Origin: Vicugna vicugna
Lineage: Eukaryota
DNA length: 58,311 nt
Reading direction: 5' to 3'
Assembly (NCBI GenBank): GCA_013265495.1
Contig: MU057936.1
Coordinates: 198,016 to 256,326 of the forward strand
Shown here: positions 1 to 12,899 of the stretch, piece by piece
How positions within the stretch are numbered: the first letter of the stretch is position 1
How the letters are laid out: each line of letters starts with the position of its first letter
Notes under the pieces: model-generated
The model's database searches: none
What the model saw: the letters and a program-made list of their open reading frames with translations, nothing else
Told to the model about the DNA's origin: nothing
Translations under genes and position numbers: made by a program

Positions 1-92
1 GTATGTATATATATGACCAAAACATTATGCTGTACCCTAGAGACTGACACAACATTGTAAACTGACTATACTTCAAAAAAAATTTTTTTAAA
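1..92 (+). mobile_element. L1 3' end (young lineage-specific type), cut by window edge
   Basis: GACACAACATTGTAAACTGACTATACTTCA followed by A-rich tail; the same terminus recurs at 18717-18760 and, inverted, at 10913, 26425 and 34967. Confidence 0.8.
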
Positions 93-1115
93 TGAATCTG
101 CTGGAAGGAACCCTAAGACAAAACCTTACATATTACTAGTAAATTTTCATTTCTATGGGTCTTCTTAGTTAGATATGAAAAATATTACTGTTTATTTGGC
201 AAAACACATAAAAGGCTGTGTCCAGTGTGTAAAGAATGAGCTAATTAAGGGCACATTGAGAGTAGCTGTAGGTCTGTGGGCCCACGTGCCGGAAGTGAGT
301 CACATTAATGGATCATATACCGAATCCTTGATGTTAACTGCCCCCACTGTCTTCAATCATCACCATCAAATTACGCCACAGAATCCACACTTTTGGTCTA
401 GGGTTGTACAGGAAAATGTCATGTGACTGCATCTGTTGGGGGAGAGGAAAGGAAGGAGGAGATGGTGGTGGTGGTGGTTGAGGGCCCTGAGCAACATTAC
501 CTCTGGGGAGAGAAGGGCTCTTTACATGGGCTAAACACTGTGTAGGGTCTGAAGTCATGGTTCACAGTTTATCAGTTGGAGCCCTTAATCATGTTTACAG
601 TTGATAAACAACACACATTTTCTAGACTCTTCCAGGTTAGGAAACAAGCTTTAAGTCATATTTTAATGTTTCCAAATTCTGTACTAACCCTTTTAGTCCA
701 TGGTGTTGAATAAAATTGTTGCTTTGTCAAACTGGGAAATGGTTTAAGTGGCCATGACCTACACATTAGATTAGTTGTTTGATGTAATAACTTGCAAAGC
801 TGTGTTTTATAAGTGGGATGTCAAATCATTACTTCTCATCTGCTTTTGAAGTCTTAATTGCCAAAGGGAGTTGTTTTGAATAAAGTGAATTTGGGGAATT
901 AAATTTAAATCATTTTTCACGTTGTCAATCAACAATTCCAAAAAAAGCATAACCATATGTTTCTTATATATAAAAACAAAACTACACATTCTCCTATTTT
1001 CTTCACCTCTCTATGGTAACAGTTTTTGTGTGCAATGAAAGATTTATGTACTGTTGTTTTTGTCAGGAATAGAAAATATTTTCTCAAGGTTAAGTTAGTC
1101 AACAATATTGGTATA

Positions 1116-1255
1116 GCAGGGAAGGTATAGCTCAATGGTAGAGAGACTGCTTAGCATACACGAGGTCCTGAGTTCAATCCCCAGTACCTCCATTAGTACA
1201 TAAATAAATAAACGTAATTGTCTTGCCCCCCCCAAAAGAACCAAAAACAAAACAA
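1116..1255 (+). mobile_element. tRNA-derived SINE (Vic-1-like, camelid)
   Basis: A box TAGCTCAATGG, B box GTTCAATCC, A-rich tail; 15-bp TSD AACAATATT(G/A)GTATA at 1101-1115 and 1256-1270. Confidence 0.9.
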
Positions 1256-2019
1256 AACAATATTAGTATATAAATATTGAAAGAAGTTACCAGGGAAAGT
1301 TCTGGAATATATTATAAAAATAGTATAAATACCAGGAACTCATTTCTTATGAGACGTAAGAATGTGAAGGAGAACTAACTAGATTTCATTGTCAAGTTAT
1401 GTTAGTTATTATTATAAACAAGACTTATTGACCTTAAAACAGTGTTGTATAATAAACTTCACAATAAATATAAACAAAGTTATTGTTTTTGCAACACTTT
1501 GTGACAAAACTATACTTATGTGAAATAATGTTTTGTTCTACCTATATGTGCTTTGGAAAGTATGAATTATCCCTTGATTATGGCCAATTTCAAATGTGTA
1601 CAAAAGTGGACAGAATAGTACAATAAATTCCCATGTGCCCATCTCCCACCTTCAGTAATTAACAACTCATGGCAATATTTCCCCCCTTATTATTTTGAAG
1701 AAGCTATAAGATATCATCTATTTTATCCATCAATATTTCAGTGTCTATCTCTAAAATTGAGAGCTCTTTGTTAAATAAGTACCACACTACCCTTAAATGT
1801 GCTTTTAAACGTTTTGTATTTATAACTGGAAAAGCAAAATGATGACTTTCAAAGATGAAGACTTAGTGCCAGAAAGAGTGTCTTGCACTCCATGAATGAG
1901 CATTGCCAAGAGACCATTTTGTGTAAATTGGCCAGTGCATGAGCTACAGCTCTAAAGAACAATGTACTGCAGTCTGCAAGAGGTCACGAGCTGTACTTTT
2001 CCCTGCTTCAGAGGTTATT

Positions 2020-2400
2020 TCATTGTGGTAAACATTGCTAGTTGCACTCCCCCCATATTTTTTTCTATGTCCTCTCTCTACTTAATAGATGTTCCAATCT
2101 TTAGCTGGGCACATGGCCACCCAGTACAAAGACTTGTATCTCACATATTCCTTGCAGCTAATTGGGCCAGATAACTAAGTTCCGATCAATGGGATATGAG
2201 CGGAAGTAACAGGTTTCTTTTATTTGCTGGGTGGAATGCAGAGCCATCTTGAAGCATGTTGGTGAAGACAACACCCTATAAGAGGAATAGCAAGATGGGA
2301 GGAGTCTGGGACCCTGTTACCGAGAAGTTACCACATTATCCTGGGATGCTTACGTCCAGACTTCTACATGAAAGAGAGATAACTTATGTCCTAACTAATA
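2020..2400. mobile_element. MaLR (MLT1-like) LTR fragment
   Basis: CCTTGCAGCTA...ACTAAGTTC...CAATGGGATATGAGCGGAAGT resembles MLT1 consensus (recalled); boundaries approximate. Confidence 0.55.
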
Positions 2401-2419
2401 TACTAGTCCAATGCTCTCA

Positions 2420-2530
2420 GCTTACAAGTGACAAAACAAAGACTCAGGAGAGGTGAGCTTGCCCAGAATCACTCAGCTAGAGTGTGGCAGTGCTTAGAGT
2501 CTAACTCAGGCTTTCAACTTCAGTGCTCAT
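2420..2530 (-). mobile_element. MIR fragment
   Basis: Degenerate MIR core GACTCAGGAGAGGTGAGCTTGCCCAGAATCACTCAGCTAG. Confidence 0.6.
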
Positions 2531-3224
2531 TTCTCATCTTCTATTCTCTTTGAAAATGAAACCACTTAAACACAAGAAATAATATGTTAAAAAATCACTT
2601 TGAAATTTAAACCACTAGTTTTATTTATTGTTAATAATGTTCTTTCACTAAGAATTGGGCTTTGAACCAAATTAGAAGATGATTTTGTTCAAACACAATG
2701 AAATATTAGACATAAAATCCTTGCATTTTACTGCCACGTGTACATTTCATTTTATAATTGTCCTTCTCAAGTGTATAGCATTGCCTTTAAATTCCCTTGA
2801 TCATAAAAATAAAACAAATGGATGATGGAATATGCCTGTAGGATTCTTAAACATTTCAAATGGCTCAGCTTTCTCTAAATAGCCTGAGGGCAATAATCAG
2901 GATGAGGTTATTTCTGTCAGTTTTGGGTGTAAGTTTGATAAATCATCCAGCTTTCTCTCCGAAGACATTGTCTTTGGAGTTAGTAAATTTTGGGGTCAAG
3001 TATTCCGTCTGTTGTGGGTTTCTTTTTTGTTTTTTCCTTTTTTTTTGAGGTAAATGAACATGTATGTATTCATTTCTAAATGAAAAGTCTTAGTCTTGAT
3101 AACTGCTGCTGAAATTGGATATAAAATTAATGCTTTGGAACAGTTACTAGATTTTCCTCTTGTTCCAGTTCCACATTTTCACTTACCATTAGCCCACACA
3201 TAAGGTTAGGGCTTATCATAACAT

Positions 3225-3680
3225 TATTATAAACTTTTAATTGAAATATAACAAATCTAGAGAAAAGTGCAAAATCATGAGAGTCACCTTAATGGATTTT
3301 CACAAAATCAACATACTTGTGCAATTAGCACCCAGATCAAGAAACAAAACCAAACCAACATCCCAGAAGACCGTGGTACCCCTTTTTAGTCATTACCCCC
3401 AAAGGATTAGTACTTTCCTGAACTCTAACACCAGAGATTATCTTTGCCAATCTTTGAACCTTATGTAAATGGAATCACACAGTATGTACTCTTTCGGGTC
3501 TCGCTTCTTTTGCTCAACATTGTGTGAGTGAGATTCATCCAAATTGATGGGGTATAGTTGTGGTTTTTCTTTATCACTAACAGATGACATGCCATTGTGT
3601 GAATGTATGTCTGCATGTGTGTATTTATTCCACTGCTGATGAACATTCCACTGTTGTTGATAAAGGGTAGTTTCTAACCT
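3225..3680 (-). mobile_element. Old L1 (L1M-type) 3' fragment
   Basis: AATGGAATCACACAGTATGTACTCTTT...CTTCTTTTGCTCAACATT...GAGATTCATCC is the antisense of the L1M ORF2 end/3'UTR. Confidence 0.75.
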
Positions 3681-3950
3681 AATATATGACTTTTTACTTA
3701 GTGAAAAGTTATATTATCTCTAATAATCAGACCATCTTGAATCTTCTATTCTGCAGTTGAGAAAATGTAGATAGAAAGGTGGTTTTCCTGAAAGGTACTG
3801 ATTTTTTTTTTTAAGCTGACAAACTTGTCTATGGTAGTAAAGGAAGACAAACCTCAGGTATTCCTTTTATCTTGGTCATTTTTTCCATTTTTGCCAAGTC
3901 TTTATCAGAGCTCGTACCCCTTGGTATATTTAACTTATCACTTCAGTCTT

Positions 3951-4087
3951 TTTTTGTTTTGTTTTTTGTGAGAGGGAGGTAATTAGGCTTATTTATGTAT
4001 TTCTCTTTGGAGGTAGTGGGGATTGAACCCAGAACCTCCTGCACGCTAAGCATGCGCTCTACCATTTGAGCTACACCCCTCCCCCAT
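3951..4087 (-). mobile_element. tRNA-derived SINE (Vic-1-like)
   Basis: Antisense A/B boxes, T-rich tail; 13-bp TSD TCACTTCAGTCTT at 3938-3950 and 4088-4100. Confidence 0.9.
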
Positions 4088-4526
4088 TCACTTCAGTCTT
4101 CTTTGCCCTCTTTTTTGGTGTTGGTCGATAAGGAAAGAGATGGCAAAAGTGCTAGCACTTCTAGGTGAGATAGGAGGGCTTGGAGGAGTCTGTCTGTCCG
4201 TAATTTCTCTTGGTTAAAGGTGGTGTGTACCACATGACTGAGCTTGGTGAGGCCTTTTCTAGACTGTCTCTCTCAAAGTAAAGCAGTGATATATTGACAA
4301 ATAGGGTCAATTCCTGAAAGATTGGTCATGACACATGGTCTCTCAGGAAATAAAATTATATATCCATTTGTAGTAAGCCGATTTTAGTACATATGCAAAG
4401 AAAACGTGTGATGCAAACAAACATCTTATCATCAAAGACTGCTGAGTGTCTGAAATAGGACTTAATTTTTAAAATGAGTTTGAAAGTGGTGGCAGGGGCC
4501 TGAAATTATACTTTAGTGTTATTAAG

Positions 4527-4529
<3 letters not shown>

Positions 4530-4557
<28 letters not shown>
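4530..4557. repeat. (TG)14 microsatellite
   Basis: Read directly. Confidence 0.95.
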
Positions 4558-4560
<3 letters not shown>

Positions 4561-6189
4561 ACTGGTGGGGAGACTCAAAGGATACGTTGTACCTTATATG
4601 CAGTGCCTTTATGAAAATGGTTCAGAAGGCAAAGGAAGACAGTTTCTCCCTTAATAAAGTATCTAATACCCTAGAAGATTTCCAGTTTACTTCTTGGCTT
4701 CACATGGCAGCTTAGGAGTAGGAAACTAGACTCAAGCTTTGCAGGCATCCCAAGTTGTACTGTATTAGGGAAATTAGTTTACTGATGAGTAGTCCTGCAA
4801 AAATCTCACCCATTTACTAAACTGAACTAAAGTTTATTTGGTTTGAACAAAGAAACCTACTGTAACACAGGCTTTCTTTGAACGCTGTAACAGCAACATT
4901 TATAAATAACTTCCTTACAAAGTAAGATTCTAAGGAGGCAGTGACAACCCTTGAAAATTTTCATGGCAGAATCTAGAATAGTCCCAATATATGTAATGCA
5001 GGACATTGAAATTCTGAGATGTGAAAAAAGTCTTTTTGTAGGCAGTGTAGAGTGTGGTGCACCCAGCAGAAGAGTGGAAACAGGAAGGTGGTGATGATGG
5101 TGTCTGTCTGGCCTAAGAGAAGCATTCTGGAAAGGAACCCAACCCTTCATTGTTCCCAGCTCTGGGGCTGTGACATCAATAAAGAGAAAAAAAAAAAAAC
5201 AAAACTGACGACTGTTACAGCCAGACTTCAAAGGAACATCTGTAGTTTTCTGTCCATAAAACTGCAAGAAGCTGAGCATAACGTGATCTCTTTGGTTGCA
5301 TACAATCCATAGGCGGCCTCATGCATGGAAAGAAGTGACTCAAACCTCACTGTGGAAAGTTGGGAATCTGAGCTGGCAGGATAAATAGAAACAAGTGAGA
5401 GTTCCAGGGGCGTCCCACTTCCACATCATGAATTCATTGCCAAATCATGAAAATCTTACTCTCCACAAAAATGCTACTTGTTGGCAGCCAGTTGCTTAAT
5501 GCAATGTTCTATACCATATACAGTGCTTCAACATATTCCTAGTCCTGCTTATGGTTCTGGTAAGTGTTAATTTTGTTAGTTTAAATTTAAAATATAAACA
5601 GAACTCTAAACTTGGAACTCACTCCAAATGCTGAGAATTGATGACATAGGCATGCACCCTAGAGTTTAAAACTAATTATTATGATAAAAATTTAAGGGTT
5701 ATCTGCCAGTATATCTACCATTTCTCTGACACAATTTTTGATTTTAGTAAGATAAGACAACAGGACTGCATACCAAAATTAGGTGACTTGAAGTTTTCTA
5801 TTGAGAATATATTTGGCTCCAACTTTTAATTGTTTATACGGAATTTTGTAGGCTTTTACAAAGAGCATCTGATGGTGAATGTTGTTAAATGGACTAAGAC
5901 CAAAAGGGCATCAAGATAAAAAGATACTCAGCGACTGAGAAACAAATGGAGAATCATAGAGTCACATGAGGTATTAATGGTCATCTCGGCTAGTCCCCTC
6001 AATTTATAAATGAGAAAGTCAAGTCCCAGAGTGATGAGCTGGTTGATAGGATCTGAGCTGAAGCCCATGATTCTGACTTCAACTCTAACATGTGAATTAC
6101 TGGTAATGGTAGCCAGCATGTGAATTACTGGTGAGATGGTACCCAATGATCCTCTCCTCCTGGTAGATGCTCTAGTCAACAGACCTACT

Positions 6190-6436
6190 TACACTTCCGG
6201 TTAACAATAACTGCCTGCTTTGTGAGTGCACCATCTTGGATGGTCCTCCCAATAAAACCTTCTGAAGCCTCTAGTCTAAGCCAGCGTCTGACTCCAACCA
6301 CATGAGAGGCTCCAAGTGAGACACATCCGGCTAAGCAGAATCAACACGTAGAACCACGAGGGACTATAATAAATTGTTTTCTTTAGCTACTAATTTTTAG
6401 GATGGCTTGTTATGCAGCAGTGGATCACTGGGGACA
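6190..6436 (+). mobile_element. MaLR (MLT1-like) LTR 3' part
   Basis: AATAAATTGTTTTCTTTAGCTACTAA...GGCTTGTTATGCAGCAGTGGATCACTGG, typical MLT1 end. Confidence 0.65.
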
Positions 6437-6639
6437 GAAATAGAACTAAGAAGGGACCCAGAATCCTGCTTTTTCACTCATGCTTGCAATTAATAAGTTT
6501 TACATGCATTACACTTGATCAAGGAAATTGTCTCCCTCCCTCTTTTTAACCAAAGTCTATGACTCAGACATTCGAATGCAGTCTTTAGTCCTTTATTTCC
6601 CTTCTAAATTCCCTAACCCTGGACTCCCCTAAAAATAAT

Positions 6640-7045
6640 TATAATGGCAGCAACCTCAAATGGCATTTATGTGTCAGTCACTAATGGTAAGTGTGTTTAC
6701 ACTCATTTAATCTTTTTTATTATTTAAAAAAATTTTTTTAATTTAAATTAAATTTTTTAAATTTAAATTTTAAATTTTTAGGGGGCTAATTAATTAAGTT
6801 TATTTATTTATTTTTAGAGGAGGTACTGGGGTTTGAACCCAGGACCTCAGGCATGCTAAGCATGCACTCTACAACTTGAGCTACATTCATTTAATCTTCA
6901 CACAACTGTTATGAGATCTGTTCTGTTATTTGCACCATTTATGTATGAAGAAATTGAGGCACAAAGCAGTTTAAAAACTTGCTCCACATCATTAAGCTAT
7001 TAAATATGGCATCAGACTCCAAACCCCAGCAATCCAGCTTGAATC
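6640..7045 (-). mobile_element. MIR, interrupted by a younger SINE
   Basis: CTCATTTAATCTTCACACAAC...ATGAAGAAATTGAGGCACAAAG MIR core. Confidence 0.65.
6715..6886 (-). mobile_element. tRNA-derived SINE (Vic-1-like), slightly 5' truncated, long AT tail
   Basis: TSD TCATTTAATCTT at 6703-6714 and 6887-6898; antisense B box GGGTTTGAACC. Confidence 0.9.
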
Positions 7046-7659
7046 TACATCTTTAACCAATAACGTATGGGCCTATCTTAATAGTGGTCCCACTTTTAAG
7101 TAGAACTTGCACAATTATCTTCTGGCTAGATGGTAAGCTCCCAGAGGGGAGGGACTACATTTATATTACTCAACATGGAGTTCTCAACAAGTACTTTATT
7201 CCTAGTACATAGTAGGCTTCCTCTAAATATACTGTATACCAGATGAATTATCAGTAGCACTTGAGTATATGTTGGCAGGGAAGATTCTGGAAGACCAAAA
7301 TTTGAAATGCAGAATATCTAACAATCATCATATATTAACCTCTTCTTACCCTTGCCGTGGGTCTTGATGCCATAGCTGCTCTGTTATGGAAAGTTCTGTG
7401 CCTCTTCAGTACTTTTTCTTTCCTCACTTGAGTTTTCCCCACTAAATGTATAACATAAAACATCAAAGTGAATGCATTCAACTTAATCTAGGGTGGAAAA
7501 GGTAAAAATCTTCACCTCTTGAAAAGAACTGTTATCCCCTACACTTAACTGCTTTGGTGTGAGAGGGTCTCACTAACCACCAGCAGATGTCATCATAGTA
7601 TAGGACCTAAAACAAGGCCCAGCTAGGAGGTGAACTTCAAAGGCTGCTGCGGGGCGTGT

Positions 7660-8960
7660 ACTTTTGACGGCTTGGCATTATCTACTAACACTGAACATAC
7701 ACATACCCTACGACCCAGAGATTCTGTTCTTAGGTATATATCTAACAGAAATGCACACACATTTTTATCAGAGGTGTAGAGCAAAAAATAAATTAAGAGG
7801 AGAAAATGCAATTTTCGTCTGGCATGGGTCTCATTTATCAATATTTTCTTAGAATGTGCATTATACCAGCCCCTTCCCCAGGGTAGTTGGAATGGTCTTA
7901 CCACTTGTTGGCATGTGAAGCTACCGAGCTCATAAAAACTGGCAACACTGTGCCTTGCTGGCCTCTCTCACTCCCTCATCTTCGGAGATGGCCCGTACTC
8001 CGTCTATGGAGTCTTTATCAACTTTTACTTTAACCTGAGCACCCAACTCCCACACCTTGTGGCCTTTCTCTCACCTTCTGAAACTGCCTACACTCTATGT
8101 AGTATGTATCTCTCTAAATAAATCTATCTTTACTGAAAAAAAAGTGTGCAGTAAACCCTAAACTATGTCCAAAATATACTGTGTATCTTAGTATTTTAAG
8201 CAAATCCTGATTTCTCTAATTTAAATGTGGATACTTTCATCAAAATGGCAGCATAAGACCAGACATAAAGATATTTGTAAGTGCTACACCTAACATTACA
8301 TTTTTCTAGTTTAAAACTGCAAACAAAAATGTGTATCTTGTACATATTGTTCTGACAGCAGCACTATAAGAAGTATTCCCAGACTGGAAACTACCCCAAT
8401 GCCTGTCAGCAGTAGAATGAATAAGTAAATGGGTGTACATTTATACAATGCAACATGATATGGCAATGAAAGTAAATGACCTACAACTACATACAATGAT
8501 ATGTGAAAATAGTTCAAAAACATGATGCTTAATAAATGGAGCCAGTCACGAAAGACTGTACACTGTATTGTTTCATTGACATAAAACAGAAAACAGGATA
8601 TGAAAACAATTGCAGGAAGGAATAGTGACTGGTAAGGGGCACGAGGAGGGCTCTGGGATGCTGATAATTGGAACTAGCTACGTAATTTACAGGGCCTGAT
8701 GCAAAAGGAAAATGTAGAACCCCTTGTTAAAAATGTATTAAGAATTTCAAGAGAGCACTAAACCAAATGCAGAGACCGTCTTTAAGTATGGGGTCCCATG
8801 CAACTGCACAGGTCAACACCTATGAAGCTGGCCTGAAGGTAATGTTTCTAATCTTGATCTGGGGTACTGGTCCCATGGATATTTTCACTTTATGAAAATT
8901 TCAATGAGCTATAAAAGTATGTGCCTTTTTCTGTACATAGGTTCTACTTCAGTAGAAAGT
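7660..8960 (+). mobile_element. Old L1 (L1ME-like) 3' region, split by insertions at 7772-8291 and 8669-8835
   Basis: CATACCCTACGACCCAG...AGAAATGCACACA resumes at about 8335 with CAGCAGCACTA...ACTGGAAACTACCC...AGTAGAATGAATAA. Confidence 0.65.
8669..8835 (-). mobile_element. MER45A-like non-autonomous hAT element
   Basis: GCTACGTAATTTACAGGGCC...AAGAATTTCAAG...ACTGCACAGGTC...ATGAAGCTGGCCTG matches antisense MER45A (recalled). Confidence 0.7.
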
Positions 8961-9850
8961 CAAAATACACAAAATGATCAAACACGGTCTTGGATGGAAG
9001 CCCGCAAATCACACTCACAAACCCACTCTGCAAGGATTACTGAACAGAGGCTCTGGTCAGCCTTCCAGCCTTCTTCGTTAACATTTACTTGCCTGTTGCC
9101 AGCAGTAAAATTCACCTTTCCTTCAAATCAAACCAAACTCTTCCATCTATCAGATGACCACACTTTTCTATGAGAACATTTCAGATACCCAAGAATGTGA
9201 GGAATGCATGAATTAGAGCAACCCTCAGGCACTTTTTCAATGGCTGTGCCTTCCCACCACTGCCCCTCCCCTCTCCCTGCAGGGAACTGCACTCTTTGGC
9301 AAGATCCACAAGACTGCAGAACAAAACAGCATCAACCCTTCCTCTGAAGAATTTCTTTTAGCATCTCCTCAATTTGCTTGGTTTCATACAATGTATTAGG
9401 AAAGCATTAATATGTTTACAGGCATAACCTCATTTTTTTGTGCTTCACTTTCATTGTGCTTTGCAGATATTGCGATTTTTTTTTGTCTTTTTGACAAATT
9501 GAAAGTTTGTGGCAACCCTGCCTCTAAACAAGTCTATTTGTGCCAATTTTTCCAAAAGCATTTACTCACTTCTTGTCTCTGTGTCACATTTTGGTAATTC
9601 TTGCAGTATTTCAAACAGTTACACTATTATTGTATTTGCTGTGGTGATCTGTGATCAATAGTCTTTGGTGCTACTGTTGTCATTGTTGTAGGGTGCCATT
9701 AACTGTGCACATATAAGACAGTGAACTTAATTGATAAATGTCGTTTGTGTGATCTGACTGCCCCACCGCCCGGCTGTTCTCCAGTCTCTCACCCTCTTCT
9801 TGGGCCTCCCTATTCCCTGAGACACAACAGTATTGAAATTAGGCCAACCA

Positions 9851-10477
9851 TTGAATAAATAAGTATTTTTTCACAGTGAACTATGATTTTTATCTGACCA
9901 AGTGTTTTGAAACTTTTTAACAAGATTCCCAAATGTCAAATTTTGATTAAAATTCTTTTCACCTCCAGTTAACTTTGGGACACTTCAGAGGACCCCTGAA
10001 ACATCCCAAAGAGAGAGATTAAACTAACTAGACACATTTGGTATGTTAAATTACTTTAAAAAATTGTCAAGTAATTGGGGATAAAACTTAGATTATATTG
10101 TGGAGATAAAAGTCACTAATATAGTTATTCCAAAATTTGTATAAAGTTCCTAAAAATCTAATATGTCCTTGTATCAGTCATAATTCTAATTATTGTTTTA
10201 ATGTTGTATGTCAGAAATATCCAAGTTGCTTGTTAATTACATTATAATCAAATCTTTAACCATGCCATTGTAAGTCTTGTCACTTATATAAAGTCATTGT
10301 TTTACTCAGCTTTTATAAAATGAAGATCTTCAGGAAGATTCATAAAAAAGGGACCTTTAAACAAATATGTTCCTGATAACTTTTAGATCATACCACTGAA
10401 CTGGGTAAATTATGAAACTAATGGAAACCTGATGACTTCATCCAGATAAACAGAAATTAATTACATGGGAAAAAAAA
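9851..10477 (+). mobile_element. Polyadenylated retro-insertion (ERV1-internal-like AT-rich sequence) inside Tigger1
   Basis: 16-bp TSD GAAATTAG(G/C)CCAACCA at 9835-9850 and 10478-10493; short A tail; family assignment tentative. Confidence 0.75.
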
Positions 10478-10912
10478 GAAATTAGCCCAACCAGTAACCC
10501 TATAATAGCCTCTAAGTGTTCAAGTGAAAGGAAGAGTCACATGTCTCTCACTTTAAATCAAAAACTAGAAATTATTAAGCTTAGTGAGGAAGGCGTGTCA
10601 AAAGCCGAGATAAGCCAAAAGCTAGGCCTCTTGAACTGGTTAGCCAGGCTGTGAATGCAAAGGAAAAGTTCTTGAAGGAAATGAAAAGTGCTACTCCAGT
10701 GAACACACGAATGATAAGAAAGCAAAACAGACTTATTGCTGATCTGGAGAAAGTTTGAGTGGTCTGGATAGATCAGACCAGCCACTGTGTTCCCTTCAGC
10801 CAAAGCCTAATCCAGAGTAAGACCCTAATTCTCTTCAATTCTGTGAAGGCTGAGAAAGGTGAGGCAGCTGCAGAAGAAAAGTTTGAAACTAGCAGAGGTT
10901 GGTTCATGAGGT

Positions 10913-10977
10913 GTTTTGTTTTTGTTTTTAACATTTTTTTTAATCGAGTTATAGTCATTTTACAATGTTGTGTCAAA
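10913..10977 (-). mobile_element. 65-bp extremely 5'-truncated L1 inside Tigger1
   Basis: 13-bp TSD TGGTTCATGAGGT at 10900-10912 and 10978-10990; insert is antisense of the L1 end at 18717-18760. Confidence 0.9.
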
Positions 10978-12899
10978 TGGTTCATGAGGTTTAAAGAAAG
11001 AAGTCATCTTTATGACATCAAAGTGCAAGGGGAAGCAGCAAGTGCTGATGTAGAAGCTGCAGTAAGTTGTCCAGAAGATCTAGTTTAGATCATTCATGAA
11101 TTGGTTACAGTAAACAACAGATTTTCAATGTAGATTGAACAACCTTATATTGGAAGAAGATGCCATCTAAGACTTTCATAGCTAAAGAGAAGCCAGTGTC
11201 TGGCTTCAAAGCTTCAAAGGACAGGCTGACTCTCTTGTTAGGAGCTAATGCAGCTGGTGACTAAGTTAAAGCCAATGCTATTTACCATTTCGAATTCCAG
11301 AGCCCTTAAGAATTATGCTAAATCTACTCTGCCTGTGCTCTATAAATGGAACAAGAAAGCCTGGGTGAAAACACATCTGTATACATGGTTTACTGAATGT
11401 TTTAAGCCCACTGTTGAGACCTACTGCTCAGAAAAAGATTCCTTTTAATAGTACTACTCATTGACAAAGCACCTGGTCACCCAAGAGCAGTGATGGAGAT
11501 GGACAGCAAGATTCAAGGTGTTTCATGCTGCTGACACAATATCCATTTGGCAGTCCATGAATCAAGGGTTCATTTTGACTTTTAAGTCTTATTGCTTAAG
11601 AAATACATTTTGTAAGGCTATACATCCCATAGATAGTGATTCCTCTGGTGGATCTAGGCAAAGTCAATTGAAAATTTTTCTGGAAAGGATTCATAATTCT
11701 AGGTGCCATTGAGAACATTTGTGATTCATGGTAAGAGGTCAAGATAGCAACATTAACAGGAGTCTGGAAGAAGTTGATTCCAACCATCTTGTATGATTTT
11801 GAGATATTCAAGACTTCAGTGGAGGAAGGAACTTCAGATAGTGGTGAAAATAGCAAGAGAACTAGAATTAGAAGTAGAGCCTGAAGATATGACTGAATTG
11901 CTGCAATCTCGTGATAGACTAACGGATGAGGAGTTGCTTCTTGTGGATGAACAAAGAAAGTGGTTTCTAGAGATGGAATTTACTCCTGGTGAAGATGCTG
12001 TAAAGACGGTTGAAATGACAGCAAAGATTTAAGAATTCTTACATAAACTTAGTTTATAAAGCAGCAGCAAGGTTTGAGAGGATTGACACTAATTTTGAAA
12101 TAAATTCTATTGTGAGTAAAATGCTATATAAAAGCATTGCCTGCCTCAGAGAAATCATTAAATTTGTGAAAAGAAGAGTCAGTTGGTGTGGCAGAAGACT
12201 TCATTCTTGCCTTATTTTAAGAAATGTACACAGCCACCCCAACCTCCAGCAACCACGACACTGATCAGTTGGCAGGTGTCAACACTGGGGCAAGACCCTC
12301 CACTGGCAAAAAGATTACGACTTGCTGAAGGCTCAGATGATAGTATTTTTTAATTAAGGTATGTACATTGTTATTTCAGTCATAATGCTGTTGTGCACTT
12401 CATAAGGTACAGGATAGGGTAAACATAACTTTTATGTGTACTGAGAAATCAAAAAGTTTAAGTGACTCGCTTTGTTGCGATATTCACTTTATGTTGATGG
12501 TCTGGAACTGAACCCCTAAAATATCTCTGAGGTATGCTTGTTTGTGATTTCCATGCAATATGAGCACATCATCCTGGCCACCAGGTGGTAGTTGTTAAAT
12601 GTTTACCAGCACCTCATTGTACATACTCTTCATGTTTTATTGCTCAAACTCACTCTCCTTCCATTCTTTCTCAGAGGGGCAGATACACTGTCCGTGGGGT
12701 TGGAGAACTGAGAGGAGGCAGATAAAGATGGTAGAATCTCTAGCCTTTGATTTCCTATTCATCTGTGTCCCGTGAGTGTACGGATTTCTACAGCACTATT
12801 TCTGTAGACTGTCCTCGTTACCTGGAAAAAGTGTACATGGTTGGGTACGACCGTAAGTCTAGCAAAGCTTTTTCTTCATAGGTGCTATAATGGAAATTA

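Larger units (their letters stand above)
9419..12540 (+). mobile_element. Full-length degenerate Tigger1 (Tc1/mariner-pogo) DNA transposon
   Basis: TIRs CAGGCATA(A)CCTC ... GAGGTATGCTTG; transposase remnants ([52 protein letters not shown]) broken by stops and frameshifts. Confidence 0.95.

Noticed and set aside
1116..1195. tRNA-like sequences (also 3951, 6715, 17304, 21474, 44883)
   Set aside because: A-rich tails, TSDs and a non-tRNA 3' part identify them as SINEs
4857..5312. 140-aa and 86-aa ORFs, and other short ORFs in unique DNA
   Set aside because: No recognisable domains or exon structure; expected by chance
9419..12540. Domesticated TIGD1-like gene
   Set aside because: Both TIRs present and the transposase has many stops and frameshifts: an ordinary dead Tigger1
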